A DNA stretch of 32,189 bases from an uncultured Rhodocyclaceae bacterium (GTDB lineage Bacteria > Pseudomonadota > Gammaproteobacteria > Burkholderiales > Rhodocyclaceae): contig CBDTZF010000001.1 in NCBI GenBank assembly GCA_965364825.1, positions 1 through 32,189 of the forward strand, written 5' to 3'. Made by a program: the position numbers and the translations under genes. Shown here one piece after another: positions 16,229 to 25,720 of the stretch (position 1 is the stretch's first letter; each line of letters opens with the position of its first letter). The notes under the pieces are model-generated. The model saw only the letters and a list, made by a program, of their open reading frames with translations. It made no database searches and was not told the DNA's origin.

Positions 16229-17620
16229 ATGGGAAATCAAAAAAGTCTCGTCTTCGATCCGCAATTGATCCGTCGCTTCGACGTCAATGGTCCACGATAC
16301 ACGTCATACCCGACGGCTGACCGCTTCGTTGAAGCGTTCAATGCCGATGCGCTAAAGAATTGGCTGGAACGACGTACTGTCGGGGGTTCCGGTCGACCGC
16401 TGTCATTGTACTTTCATATTCCGTTCTGCAACACCATCTGCTACTACTGCGCCTGCAACAAGATCATTACCAAGGACCATGGGCGCTCGGCCAAGTACTT
16501 GAAATATCTGGCCAAAGAGATCGCCATGCAGGCCGAATGCCTTGAAGGCGGGCGGGAGGTGGTGCAACTGCACCTGGGCGGCGGAACCCCCACCTTTCTT
16601 TCGCACGATGAAATGCGCCAGCTGATGGCCACCGTGCGCGAGCATTTCACACTCTTGCCAAAGGGCGAGTATTCGATCGAAGTCGACCCGCGCAAGGTCG
16701 ATTTCGAAACCGTCGCCATGCTTGGCGAAACCGGTTTCAATCGCATGAGCCTCGGCGTGCAGGATTTCGACGTCGACGTGCAGCGCGCCGTCAATCGTCT
16801 GCAGAGCTTCGAAGAGACCAAGCTGGTGCTCGATGCGGCGCGCCAGACCGGTTTCGAATCGGTCAGCTTGGACCTCATTTACGGGTTGCCGAAGCAGAAC
16901 GTGATCAGCTTCAATCGCACGCTCGAACAGGTGCTTGAACTGTCGCCGGATCGCATCTCCCTCTACAGTTACGCGCACCTGCCTAGCCTGTTCAAGCCGC
17001 AGCGGCGCATCGATCCGGCGGACATGCCAACCGCCGACGCGAAGCTGCAGATCCTGCAACTGGCGATTCGCCGGCTGACCGACGCCGGCTATGCGTACAT
17101 CGGCATGGATCACTTTGCCAAACCTGATGACGAGCTCGCGATTGCGCAGCGTCAGGGTCGCCTGCACCGCAATTTTCAGGGCTACTCGACCCACGCCGAA
17201 TGCGATCTGCTGGCCTTCGGCGTGTCGGCGATCGGCAAGGTCGGGCCCACCTACGCGCAGAACGTCAAGACGCTCGACGAGTATTACGACATTCTCGATC
17301 ATGATCGCCTGCCGGTGTTGCGCGGCATCGAACTGAGTGCCGACGACATCCTGCGCCGTTCGATCATTCAAGCCCTGATGTGCCACTTCGAGCTGTCGAT
17401 CGAGGCCATTGAAACGGCGCACATGATCGATTTCAGGCGGTACTTCGCCGACGAAATGGGAGATCTGCAAAGCATGGCGCAAGCCGGGCTGATCAGCATC
17501 GAAGAGCGGTGGATCACGGTGCTGCCGCAGGGGCGTCTGCTGGTGCGCGGTGTCGCGATGGTGTTCGATCGCTATCTGCGCTCCGACCGCGAGCGCGCCC
17601 GCTACTCCAAGGTCATCTGA
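16229..17620 (+). CDS. hemN: Oxygen-independent coproporphyrinogen III oxidase
   Basis: GPRYTSYPTA, radical SAM CNTICYYC, GGGTP and LHRNFQGYST. Confidence 0.98.
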   Translation: MGNQKSLVFDPQLIRRFDVNGPRYTSYPTADRFVEAFNADALKNWLERRTVGGSGRPLSLYFHIPFCNTICYYCACNKIITKDHGRSAKYLKYLAKEIAMQAECLEGGREVVQLHLGGGTPTFLSHDEMRQLMATVREHFTLLPKGEYSIEVDPRKVDFETVAMLGETGFNRMSLGVQDFDVDVQRAVNRLQSFEETKLVLDAARQTGFESVSLDLIYGLPKQNVISFNRTLEQVLELSPDRISLYSYAHLPSLFKPQRRIDPADMPTADAKLQILQLAIRRLTDAGYAYIGMDHFAKPDDELAIAQRQGRLHRNFQGYSTHAECDLLAFGVSAIGKVGPTYAQNVKTLDEYYDILDHDRLPVLRGIELSADDILRRSIIQALMCHFELSIEAIETAHMIDFRRYFADEMGDLQSMAQAGLISIEERWITVLPQGRLLVRGVAMVFDRYLRSDRERARYSKVI

Positions 17621-17697
17621 ACAGCGCTCGCGCGGCGTTTGCCAGTTGGTGTCGTCGCGGCGCAAAATGCGCTGTCTGACGCAAACTACTTCTGACC

Positions 17698-18405
17698 ATG
17701 CCCGAAACCGGATACATCGCGGTGTTTCTCATCGGCCTGCTGGGCGGCACGCATTGCATCGGCATGTGCGGCGGCATCGTCAGCGCGTTAACGGTGCAGA
17801 TTCCGGGTCAGGTCAAACGCCAGTGGCCGATCCAGCTGGCTTACAACCTTGGCCGCATCTCCACCTACACGTTGCTCGGCACGCTGGCAGGGGCCATCGG
17901 CACGGTCGGCCTGCTGTTCAATGACGTGCTGCCGGTGCAGATGGCGCTGTATGTGCTCGCCAACGTCATGCTCATCGCACTGGGTCTCTACCTCACCGGC
18001 TTCACGCGCTTGCTCGCGCCGCTGGAGCGCATGGGCCATCATGTATGGCGTCGTGTGCAGCCCCTGACGCGGCGATTTCTCCCGGCCCGCGGTCCGCTGC
18101 AAGCCTTTCCGCTCGGGTTGTTGTGGGGGTTTCTGCCCTGTGGCCTGGTGTATAGCGTGTTGGCGACGGCGCTAGTGACCGGCTCATCAGTGCGTGGCGC
18201 TGGAATGATGCTGGCCTTCGGGCTTGGCACGCTGCCCAACCTCTTGCTCGCCGGCATGCTGCTCAAGCACGTGCGCGGCGTCACGCGCAACGCGTGGCTT
18301 CGTTCCGCGGCGGGTCTACTGGTGCTCGGCTTCGGCGTCTTCGGTTTGATCAATGCGTCAACGCTCGGCGGTGACCTGGCGAGTTGTCTGGTCTGTCATA
18401 GCTGA
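17698..18405 (+). CDS. DsbD_2 / 'sulfite exporter TauE/SafE'-annotated membrane protein (probably Cu/cbb3 associated)
   Basis: GLLGGTHCIGMCGGI, YNLGRISTY, GFLPCGLVYS and FGLGTLP. Confidence 0.88.
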   Translation: MPETGYIAVFLIGLLGGTHCIGMCGGIVSALTVQIPGQVKRQWPIQLAYNLGRISTYTLLGTLAGAIGTVGLLFNDVLPVQMALYVLANVMLIALGLYLTGFTRLLAPLERMGHHVWRRVQPLTRRFLPARGPLQAFPLGLLWGFLPCGLVYSVLATALVTGSSVRGAGMMLAFGLGTLPNLLLAGMLLKHVRGVTRNAWLRSAAGLLVLGFGVFGLINASTLGGDLASCLVCHS

Positions 18406-18430
18406 GGTGTCAGCGAGGGAGAGAGTAACG

Positions 18431-18637
18431 ATGGAGCAGTTTGAAACGAAGGTGAGCGGCATGACCTGCGGCGGCTGTGTGAACAGTGTGACGCGTGCAC
18501 TCAAGGCGGTGCCTGGCGTGACGCAAGCCGAGGTCGATCTCGCCGCCGAGCAGGCAACAGTGACCTACGATGCGGCGCAGACGTCGCCGGCGGCGTTGCG
18601 CGAGGCGATCGTTGCGGCCGGTTTCGACGTCGCCTGA
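18431..18637 (+). CDS. copZ: Copper chaperone (HMA domain)
   Basis: 68 aa with GMTCGGC. ATG 18431 follows GGGAGAG. Confidence 0.9.
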   Translation: MEQFETKVSGMTCGGCVNSVTRALKAVPGVTQAEVDLAAEQATVTYDAAQTSPAALREAIVAAGFDVA

Positions 18638-21540
18638 GAACCCAGCTCAAATTGCATCTGGCGGAACTCGCTGGCCGGCAGGGGTTTGGCGTAGAGATAG
18701 CCCTGGGCGTAGTCGCACCCCAGTTGTGACAGGAAATGCTCCTGCGCGGCGGTTTCAACGCCTTCCGCAATCACCTTCATATCAAGGTTGTGGCCAATGC
18801 CGATGATGGCGCGGGTCAGGTGGGCGTCGTCGGCGTCCTCGGTCAGGTCACGGATGAAGGAGCGGTCGATCTTGAGTTTGTCGAGCTTGAAGCGCTTGAG
18901 GTAGGCGAGCGACGAGTAGCCGGTGCCAAAATCGTCGATCGCCAGGCGCACGCCGGAGGCCTGGATGGTGTCGAGCGTGCTCGAAACATGCGCCTGATTG
19001 GACATCAGTGCGCTTTCGGTCAGTTCCAGTTCGAGCAGCCGGCCGGGTAAGCCGCTGTCTGCGAGCGCGCGCGCGACGGTGACGTCGAGATGGTCGCGTC
19101 GCACCTGAATGGCCGAGATATTCACCGCCATGCTGATCTCGGGCAGTCCCTCATCACGCCACGCCTGTGCGGTAGTGCAGGCCTGACGCAGAATCCACAC
19201 ACCCAGCGGCACGATGAGGCCGGTTTCCTCGGCAATCGGGATGAACTGATCGGGCGGAATCATGCCGCGTTCGGGGTGGTCCCAGCGTAACAGCGCCTCG
19301 GCGCCGATCAACGCGCCAGTGAGTAGGTCGAATTGCGGTTGGTAGTGCAGTTGGAATTCGTGCCGGCCAAGTGCGCGGCGCAATTCGTTTTCCAGTTCCA
19401 GGCGAAGCTGCGCGCGCTCGTTCAACTCGCGGGTGAAGAAGTGATAATTATTGCGGCCGCTTTCCTTGGCGTGGTACATCGCCGCGTCGGCGTTCTTGAG
19501 CAGCAGGTCGCGATTTTCGCCATCATCGGGAAACACCGTGATGCCGATGCTCGGCGTGACGGTCAATTCATGACCGTCCAGATCGTAGGCGGTGGCGAGT
19601 GTCTTGAGCACCTTGCGGGCGACGCTGCCGGCGCGCGCGGCGCTGTCGAGTTCAGTCAGCAGTACGACGAATTCGTCGCCGCCGAGCCGGCTGACGGTGT
19701 CGCAGCTGCGCACGACGTCCCCAAGTCGCCGCGCCACCTGACGCAGCAAAGCGTCGCCGACCGCATGGCCGAGCGAGTCGTTGATGTTCTTGAAGCGGTC
19801 GAGGTCGATGAACAGTACCGCCAGATGCTGGTTGTGGCGGCGTGCGTTTTCGATCGCGCTGCTCATGCGGTCGAGCAACAGCACGCGGTTTGGCAGGCCG
19901 GTGAGGGCATCGTACTCGGCAAGCTGGCGCAGGCGCTGCTCGGTATCTTTCTGTTCGGTGATGTCAGCCAGCGAGACCACGAAGTGGCTTGGCTGGCCGT
20001 CGTCAGCGATGATGGCACCGATCGACACCCCGCCGAAGTAGCGGCTCGCGTCGGCACGCTTGAGCGGCATTTCGCCGGCCCAGCGCGTGTGCTGCTCCAG
20101 ATGCGTGGCGGCCTCGTGCCAGAGCTCGCACGCGGCACCGTCATCGCCTGCCAGTGCCGAGCTGTGCCGGCCGACCAGTTCGGCGCGCTGGAAGCCGGTG
20201 ACCTGCTCCACCGCGGGATTGATGGAGACGATCTGAAAGCGATGATCGAGGATCGCGATCGCTTCGTTGCTGGCGTCGAAAACCTGTGCCGATAGCTGCA
20301 GCTCACGCGCGCTAACGCGCAGCGCCGCGTTACGCGCAGCGATGTCGCGGTTGTAATGACGAAAACGCGTGTCGATCCAGCGGTAGAACAGCACCGAGAA
20401 CAGCACGGCGATGCCGGTTGCGGCCAGCATGGTGGTTGTGGTGACGATCAAATCGAGCCGGGTGGCATGCGCCATGGCTTCTTTCTCGCGGACGATGGTG
20501 GCGCCGAGTTGGTCCATCTGCGCAATTGCCGCGAGCGTCCAGCCCCATTCATCGGGCGGCGTCACGTAAGCGACATGCAACTGCGTGCGCGCCGGATCAT
20601 TCGTTTCAAGTTCGAAACGCGTCGTGCCACCGCCGGTGCGCGCCAGCGCCAGCAAGCTGTCCACCGGCCACGCCGGCGCCGCCTCGGCGTCCGCTGCCGC
20701 CCCCAACAGTTGCGCCATGTTCGAGAGCAACTCGCCGTTGGGGCCGATCACCAGCACGCTGTAACCGCCCTGGCTCGCGCGCGCGGCAATCGCCGCCAGC
20801 GCGCTGCGGCGCGCCGCCTGCTCGGCAACACGCAGAAACTCCATACTGCCGACGGTCCATCCGAAGGGTTCGAAGTAAGCCACATAGGCTTCGACCTCAG
20901 CCTTGGCAGTGGCTTTGCCCGCCGGCTGCCAGCGAAAGCGGGCGTAACCGCCCCCGTTGTCTTTTGCAATGGACCTCAGACTGTCGTAAAACCGGAGCCC
21001 GCTATCGTCTCGCAGCGGGCGCAGGAGCGTGCCTTCCAGCGCTGGGTCGAGAGGAAAGATCAGTGCGCGCCCGTTGCGGTCTGCGACAAGCGGATTGCCG
21101 AGATCGGCGGCGTCGCCAATTGGACGCAGCGTTCTGGCGATTGCCTGTTCGAGCGTTGCGGGTGACACGGTCGTGCGAAAGCTCGCATACAGACGGGTCG
21201 CGGTGTCGAGTGTCTGGTCAACACGCGCCTTGAGCTGCGCGCGCAGGGTCGGCAACAGCGTGGCACGCTGATTGGCGAGGCGTCGCGACAGACGCGCGGT
21301 TTCGCTCTGCAGGCGTTCTTGCTGCGCATTCAAGGCGTCGGCCGCAATACTGGCCGTTCTGGCTTCAGCCGCGACGTGATCGCGGTAGATGAAGTAGCCG
21401 CCCATGCCGATGAGCAGGAACAGGATCAGCGCCAGCATGCCACTGAGGATGATGCGCGGCAGCCAGTGATCAGTCCGGTGCTGGCGCGAGCGTGGGCCGT
21501 CTTCGGGGCGGTCGGCAGCGGTGGCGGAGTTGTCGGGCAT
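18565..21540 (-). CDS. Membrane-bound Cache-PAS-GGDEF-EAL c-di-GMP enzyme
   Basis: Two TMs flank a tandem Cache_2-like periplasmic region, followed by PAS, YDALTGLPNR, an RxxD I-site (RSCD) with GGDEF, EAL and DDFGTGYSS. Start uncertain (ATG 21540; the ORF extends to 21642). Confidence 0.93.
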   Translation of the reverse strand: MPDNSATAADRPEDGPRSRQHRTDHWLPRIILSGMLALILFLLIGMGGYFIYRDHVAAEARTASIAADALNAQQERLQSETARLSRRLANQRATLLPTLRAQLKARVDQTLDTATRLYASFRTTVSPATLEQAIARTLRPIGDAADLGNPLVADRNGRALIFPLDPALEGTLLRPLRDDSGLRFYDSLRSIAKDNGGGYARFRWQPAGKATAKAEVEAYVAYFEPFGWTVGSMEFLRVAEQAARRSALAAIAARASQGGYSVLVIGPNGELLSNMAQLLGAAADAEAAPAWPVDSLLALARTGGGTTRFELETNDPARTQLHVAYVTPPDEWGWTLAAIAQMDQLGATIVREKEAMAHATRLDLIVTTTTMLAATGIAVLFSVLFYRWIDTRFRHYNRDIAARNAALRVSARELQLSAQVFDASNEAIAILDHRFQIVSINPAVEQVTGFQRAELVGRHSSALAGDDGAACELWHEAATHLEQHTRWAGEMPLKRADASRYFGGVSIGAIIADDGQPSHFVVSLADITEQKDTEQRLRQLAEYDALTGLPNRVLLLDRMSSAIENARRHNQHLAVLFIDLDRFKNINDSLGHAVGDALLRQVARRLGDVVRSCDTVSRLGGDEFVVLLTELDSAARAGSVARKVLKTLATAYDLDGHELTVTPSIGITVFPDDGENRDLLLKNADAAMYHAKESGRNNYHFFTRELNERAQLRLELENELRRALGRHEFQLHYQPQFDLLTGALIGAEALLRWDHPERGMIPPDQFIPIAEETGLIVPLGVWILRQACTTAQAWRDEGLPEISMAVNISAIQVRRDHLDVTVARALADSGLPGRLLELELTESALMSNQAHVSSTLDTIQASGVRLAIDDFGTGYSSLAYLKRFKLDKLKIDRSFIRDLTEDADDAHLTRAIIGIGHNLDMKVIAEGVETAAQEHFLSQLGCDYAQGYLYAKPLPASEFRQMQFELGSQATSKPAATIASRNAAGDVCAAS

Positions 21541-21704
21541 GTCGGAGTCGCATGGCGTGGGCGGAAGTGCGTCGTCGGGTCGCGTTACAACGCCTTCGGA
21601 AGATAACGACCACGGCCCGCCGGGCTTGAGCAGTGAGCGCAAATGGTGTTTTTCGCATTCGATAAACGCCCTATAATCGAGGGGCTATTTCACAGGGAGG
21701 CGAT

Positions 21705-22229
21705 ATGGGATTCGATCAGGTCAGTATCGGTAAGGACGTTCCGAACGACTTCAACGTCATTATCGAGATTTCGGCGCAGGGCGCGCCGGTCAAGTTCGAG
21801 GTGGACAAGGACAGCGACTGCGTTTTCGTCGATCGCTTCTTGGGCACGAGCATGTGCTATCCATGCAACTACGGCTACGTGCCGCATACCATCGCCGGCG
21901 ATGGCGATCCGGTCGACGTGCTGGTGGTGACGCCATTCCCGCTGGCGCCCGGTGTGGTCATCCGCTGCCGGCCGGTGGGACTGCTGAAAATGGAAGACGA
22001 GGCAGGTGAAGACGCCAAGGTGATCGCGGTGCCGGTGTCCAAGCTGACAACGCTCTACGACAAGGTACAGACCACCGACGACCTGCCTGAAATGCTGATG
22101 AAGCAGGTCCAGCACTTCTTCGAGCACTACAAGGATCTGGAGTCGGGCAAGTGGGTCAAGGTGACCGGTTGGGGAACGGTTGACGACGCCCGCGCGGAGA
22201 TCACCAACGGCGTCAAGAACGCCAAATAG
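21705..22229 (+). CDS. ppa: Inorganic pyrophosphatase (family I)
   Basis: [19 protein letters not shown] and [19 protein letters not shown], with TATAAT at 21672-21677. Confidence 0.97.
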   Translation: MGFDQVSIGKDVPNDFNVIIEISAQGAPVKFEVDKDSDCVFVDRFLGTSMCYPCNYGYVPHTIAGDGDPVDVLVVTPFPLAPGVVIRCRPVGLLKMEDEAGEDAKVIAVPVSKLTTLYDKVQTTDDLPEMLMKQVQHFFEHYKDLESGKWVKVTGWGTVDDARAEITNGVKNAK

Positions 22230-22260
22230 ATCGCGCGACTGATTCCACCTGGCAACATGG

Positions 22261-22286
22261 AAAGCCCGCCATCGTGCGGGCTTTTT
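22261..22286. terminator. Bidirectional intrinsic terminator
   Basis: AAAGCCCGC-CATCGT-GCGGGCTTTTT between the convergent ppa and GNAT genes. Confidence 0.85.
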
Positions 22287-22296
22287 CTATCCGCAC

Positions 22297-23424
22297 TTAC
22301 GCCGGGTCGCGGAAGGGCTGTCGTTCACTGAGTTCGTCGAGATAGATCGAAACGCCTCGGCGCTCGCGCGCCAGATAGTCGTCGATGGCGTCGGCAAAAC
22401 GTGCGTCACGAATCCAGTGCGCCGAGCAGGTTGGTGTGGAGAGAAGGCCGCGCGCAAGCTTGTGCTCACCCTGCGCGCCGCCTTCGAAGCGCATCAGACG
22501 GTGGGCGATGGCATATTCGATCGCCTGGTAATAGCAGGTTTCAAAATGCAGGCAGGAGATGTCTTCGACCGCGCCCCAGTAGCGGCCGTAAAGCGCCGAC
22601 TCATCGACCATGAACCAGGCGCTGGCAACAGGGGTGCCGCCTCGCATTGCCAGCAGCAGGCGCACATTGTCCGCTTGCTCGCGCGCCTGCAGGGCAAAGA
22701 ACTCGCGTGACAGATAGGGCGTGGAGCGGCGCACCGCGTAGGTGAGGCAGTAGCACGTGTAGAAAAAGGCGAGTTCTTCCGGGGTGATCTGCGCACCGCT
22801 GCGCCAGCAAAATTCAATGCCGGCGTCGGTGACGCGACGCCGCTCCTGACGAATCTTCTTGCGCTTGTCGCGCGTCAGCGATGCCAGAAAGGCGCCGAAA
22901 TCGGCGTAGCCAGTGTTCTTCCAATGAAACTGCACGCCGTGACGGACCATCAGGCCGGCCGCATCGAGCAGGGCGGCATCGTCGTCTGTGGGGAACAGCA
23001 AGTGAAACGAGCCATGTGTGCCCGCGGCGATCCACTGCATCAACGCGGCCAGCAGCTGCGCACGCACGCTGCGGTTTGCGCCGAGCAGCCGGCGCCCGGG
23101 GATCGGCGTGAACGGGATCGCGCACAGCCACTTGGGGTAGTACTCAAGGCCATGCCGGGCGTAAGCCTCGGCCCACGCCCAGTCGAACACATATTCGCCC
23201 CAGGAATGCTGCTTCTCGTAAAGCGGCATCGCGGCGACCAGCGTGTCGCCCTGCCACAGCGTGGCGTGATGCGGCTGCCAGCCGGTTGCGGCGCTGACGC
23301 AACCGGTCGTTTCGAGCGCCGACAGGTAAGCGTGGCGCACACAGGGTTGTGGCCCGGCGAGCGCATCCCAGGCCGCAGCGGGAATTTTGCGGATGGCATC
23401 AAAAAAACGGATTTCTTCAGTCAT
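22297..23424 (-). CDS. FemAB-like GNAT family protein (DUF482-type)
   Basis: KQHSWGEYVFDWAWA, YYPK...PFTP, LYGRYWG, LHFETCYYQ and FEGGAQGEHKLARG. Confidence 0.9.
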   Translation of the reverse strand: MTEEIRFFDAIRKIPAAAWDALAGPQPCVRHAYLSALETTGCVSAATGWQPHHATLWQGDTLVAAMPLYEKQHSWGEYVFDWAWAEAYARHGLEYYPKWLCAIPFTPIPGRRLLGANRSVRAQLLAALMQWIAAGTHGSFHLLFPTDDDAALLDAAGLMVRHGVQFHWKNTGYADFGAFLASLTRDKRKKIRQERRRVTDAGIEFCWRSGAQITPEELAFFYTCYCLTYAVRRSTPYLSREFFALQAREQADNVRLLLAMRGGTPVASAWFMVDESALYGRYWGAVEDISCLHFETCYYQAIEYAIAHRLMRFEGGAQGEHKLARGLLSTPTCSAHWIRDARFADAIDDYLARERRGVSIYLDELSERQPFRDPA

Positions 23425-23545
23425 GGCGGGGCTTGCTGGGGTGTGACAACAATGTGACAAGTGAGCGGCAGGCGCGACTCAGATTCCGCTTGCCTGATTA
23501 TGTGGCACACCGGCGTGGTGTGAGGCATGTCTCGCTGGTACGCTT

Positions 23546-23591
23546 TTCCCCACGCTTTATCCACAGGTTTGTGCACGGATTGTGTGAATAA
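23546..23591. promoter_or_regulatory. DnaA-box cluster (DARS-like geometry)
   Basis: TTCCCCACG (23546), TTATCCACA (23557, consensus), TTGTGCACG (23569) and inverted TGTGAATAA (23583, consensus TTATTCACA on the minus strand). Confidence 0.7.
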
Positions 23592-23659
23592 GTCCTGCGA
23601 CAGCTGGGCGGCGTTGCGGTGGTTCCAAAGCGTCGATCAGACGTTATAGTGTCACCGCT

Positions 23660-25276
23660 ATGAATAAAACGCTTCAGATTGCCACCGCCCAACTCAATCC
23701 GGTGGTGGGCGATATCGCCGGGAACACCCAGCAGATTATCGACGCGATGGCCGCGGCGCAGGTGCACGGTGCGCAGCTCTTGCTCACGCCCGAACTGTCC
23801 TTGTGCGGCTATCCGCCCGAAGACTTGCTGCTGCGTGCAGATTTCTTTCATGCCTGTCGCGATGCGCTCGAGCGCATCGCCGCGCGTACCGGTGACATGG
23901 CGGTCGTGGTCGGCTTTCCCGATTTCGACGAGGCCGGCCGTTACAACGCCGCCGCGGTCATGCAGGGCGGCCGTATCATCGCGCGTTGCCGCAAGCAGCG
24001 CCTGCCCAACTTCGCCGTGTTCGACGAGAAGCGCTATTTCGATGCGGCCGCCGAGGGCTGCGTGTTCGAACTCGCGGGCGTGCGTTGCGGCCTCATGATC
24101 TGCGCCGATATGTGGGTCGCCGGGCCGGCGGCGGGGCTGCGCGCGGCGGGCGCGGAGGTGATGCTGGTGATCAACGCCTCGCCCGGCCATATCGGCAAGC
24201 TGGCCGAGCGCCATCGGGTGGCGCGCGAGCGGATCACCGAGACCGGCCTGCCAGTGTTGTGCGTCAATATGGTCGGCGGGCAGGATGAACTGGTGTTTGA
24301 CGGCGCCTCGTTTGCGATGGATGCCAACGGCGCGCTGGCATGGCAGGCACCGTCGTTTGAAACAGGCATCGATATCGTCGGCTGGTCGGCGGAAGGCTGG
24401 CATGCCGACAGCTGCGCGCCGATGCCAACGGAGGAAGAAGAAGCCTACGGCGCGTTGGTGCTCGGCGTGCGCGACTACCTCGGCAAGAACGGTTTTTCGA
24501 CCGCGATCATCGGGCTGTCGGGCGGCATCGATTCGGCGCTCACGCTCGCGGTGGCGGTGGATGCGCTCGGTGCCGACAAGGTGCGCGCGGTGATGATGCC
24601 ATCGCCCTATACGGCGCAAATGAGCCTCGACGATGCCGCCGATATGGTAAAGCGGCTCGGTGTGCGCTACGACGTTCTGCCGATCGAGCCGGCCATGAAG
24701 ACCTTCGCAGACATGCTCGCCGAGCAGTTCGCCGGCTTGCCGGAAGATGCCACCGAAGAGAACCTGCAAAGCCGCATTCGCGGCGTGCTGCTGATGGCGC
24801 TGTCGAACAAGACGGGCGCGATCGTGCTGACCACCGGCAACAAGAGCGAAATGGCCACCGGCTACGCCACGCTGTACGGCGACATGGCGGGTGGCTTTGC
24901 GGTGCTCAAGGATGTGTACAAGACGCTGGTGTATCGGCTCTCCGAGTGGCGCAACAGGCGCTCGGAAATCATCCCGGTCAACATCATCACCCGTCCGCCG
25001 TCGGCAGAACTGAAGCCCGACCAGGTCGATCAGGACACGCTGCCACCCTACGAAGTGCTTGATGCCATCATCGAAGCCTATATGGAGCGCGATCTGTCGC
25101 CGCGCGAGATTGTTGCGCAAGGGTATGATGAAGGCGTCGTGAGTCGCGTCGTCGGCATGCTCAAGCGCAACGAATACAAACGGCGGCAGGCGCCGATCGG
25201 TATCCGTCTGACGCGGCGTGCCTTTGGCCGAGACTGGCGTTTTCCGATTACTGCGCGCTACGAGGATCCAATGTGA
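23660..25276 (+). CDS. nadE: Glutamine-dependent NAD+ synthetase
   Basis: N-terminal nitrilase domain (PELSL, K..LPN...FDEKRYF, IC), followed by GLSGGIDS, ENLQSRIRG, TGNKSE and GYATLYGD. Confidence 0.97.
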   Translation: MNKTLQIATAQLNPVVGDIAGNTQQIIDAMAAAQVHGAQLLLTPELSLCGYPPEDLLLRADFFHACRDALERIAARTGDMAVVVGFPDFDEAGRYNAAAVMQGGRIIARCRKQRLPNFAVFDEKRYFDAAAEGCVFELAGVRCGLMICADMWVAGPAAGLRAAGAEVMLVINASPGHIGKLAERHRVARERITETGLPVLCVNMVGGQDELVFDGASFAMDANGALAWQAPSFETGIDIVGWSAEGWHADSCAPMPTEEEEAYGALVLGVRDYLGKNGFSTAIIGLSGGIDSALTLAVAVDALGADKVRAVMMPSPYTAQMSLDDAADMVKRLGVRYDVLPIEPAMKTFADMLAEQFAGLPEDATEENLQSRIRGVLLMALSNKTGAIVLTTGNKSEMATGYATLYGDMAGGFAVLKDVYKTLVYRLSEWRNRRSEIIPVNIITRPPSAELKPDQVDQDTLPPYEVLDAIIEAYMERDLSPREIVAQGYDEGVVSRVVGMLKRNEYKRRQAPIGIRLTRRAFGRDWRFPITARYEDPM

Positions 25277-25300
25277 ATCGGCGTGCGGCTTTTAGGTTAG

Positions 25301-25663
<363 letters not shown>

Positions 25664-25673
25664 ACGCCCCGCG

Positions 25674-25720
25674 CCCCTGATGGCCACGGCCGCAAATGCG
25701 GCCGTGGCCATCAGGGGTTT
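25674..25720. terminator. 20-bp perfect hairpin between the convergent glnB and smr genes
   Basis: CCCCTGATGGCCACGGCCGC-AAAT-GCGGCCGTGGCCATCAGGGG followed by TTT. Confidence 0.75.

Noticed and set aside
23546..23591. DnaA boxes as oriC
   Set aside because: Only 3-4 boxes, no AT-rich unwinding element and no origin-linked genes. Kept as a DARS-like finding instead.
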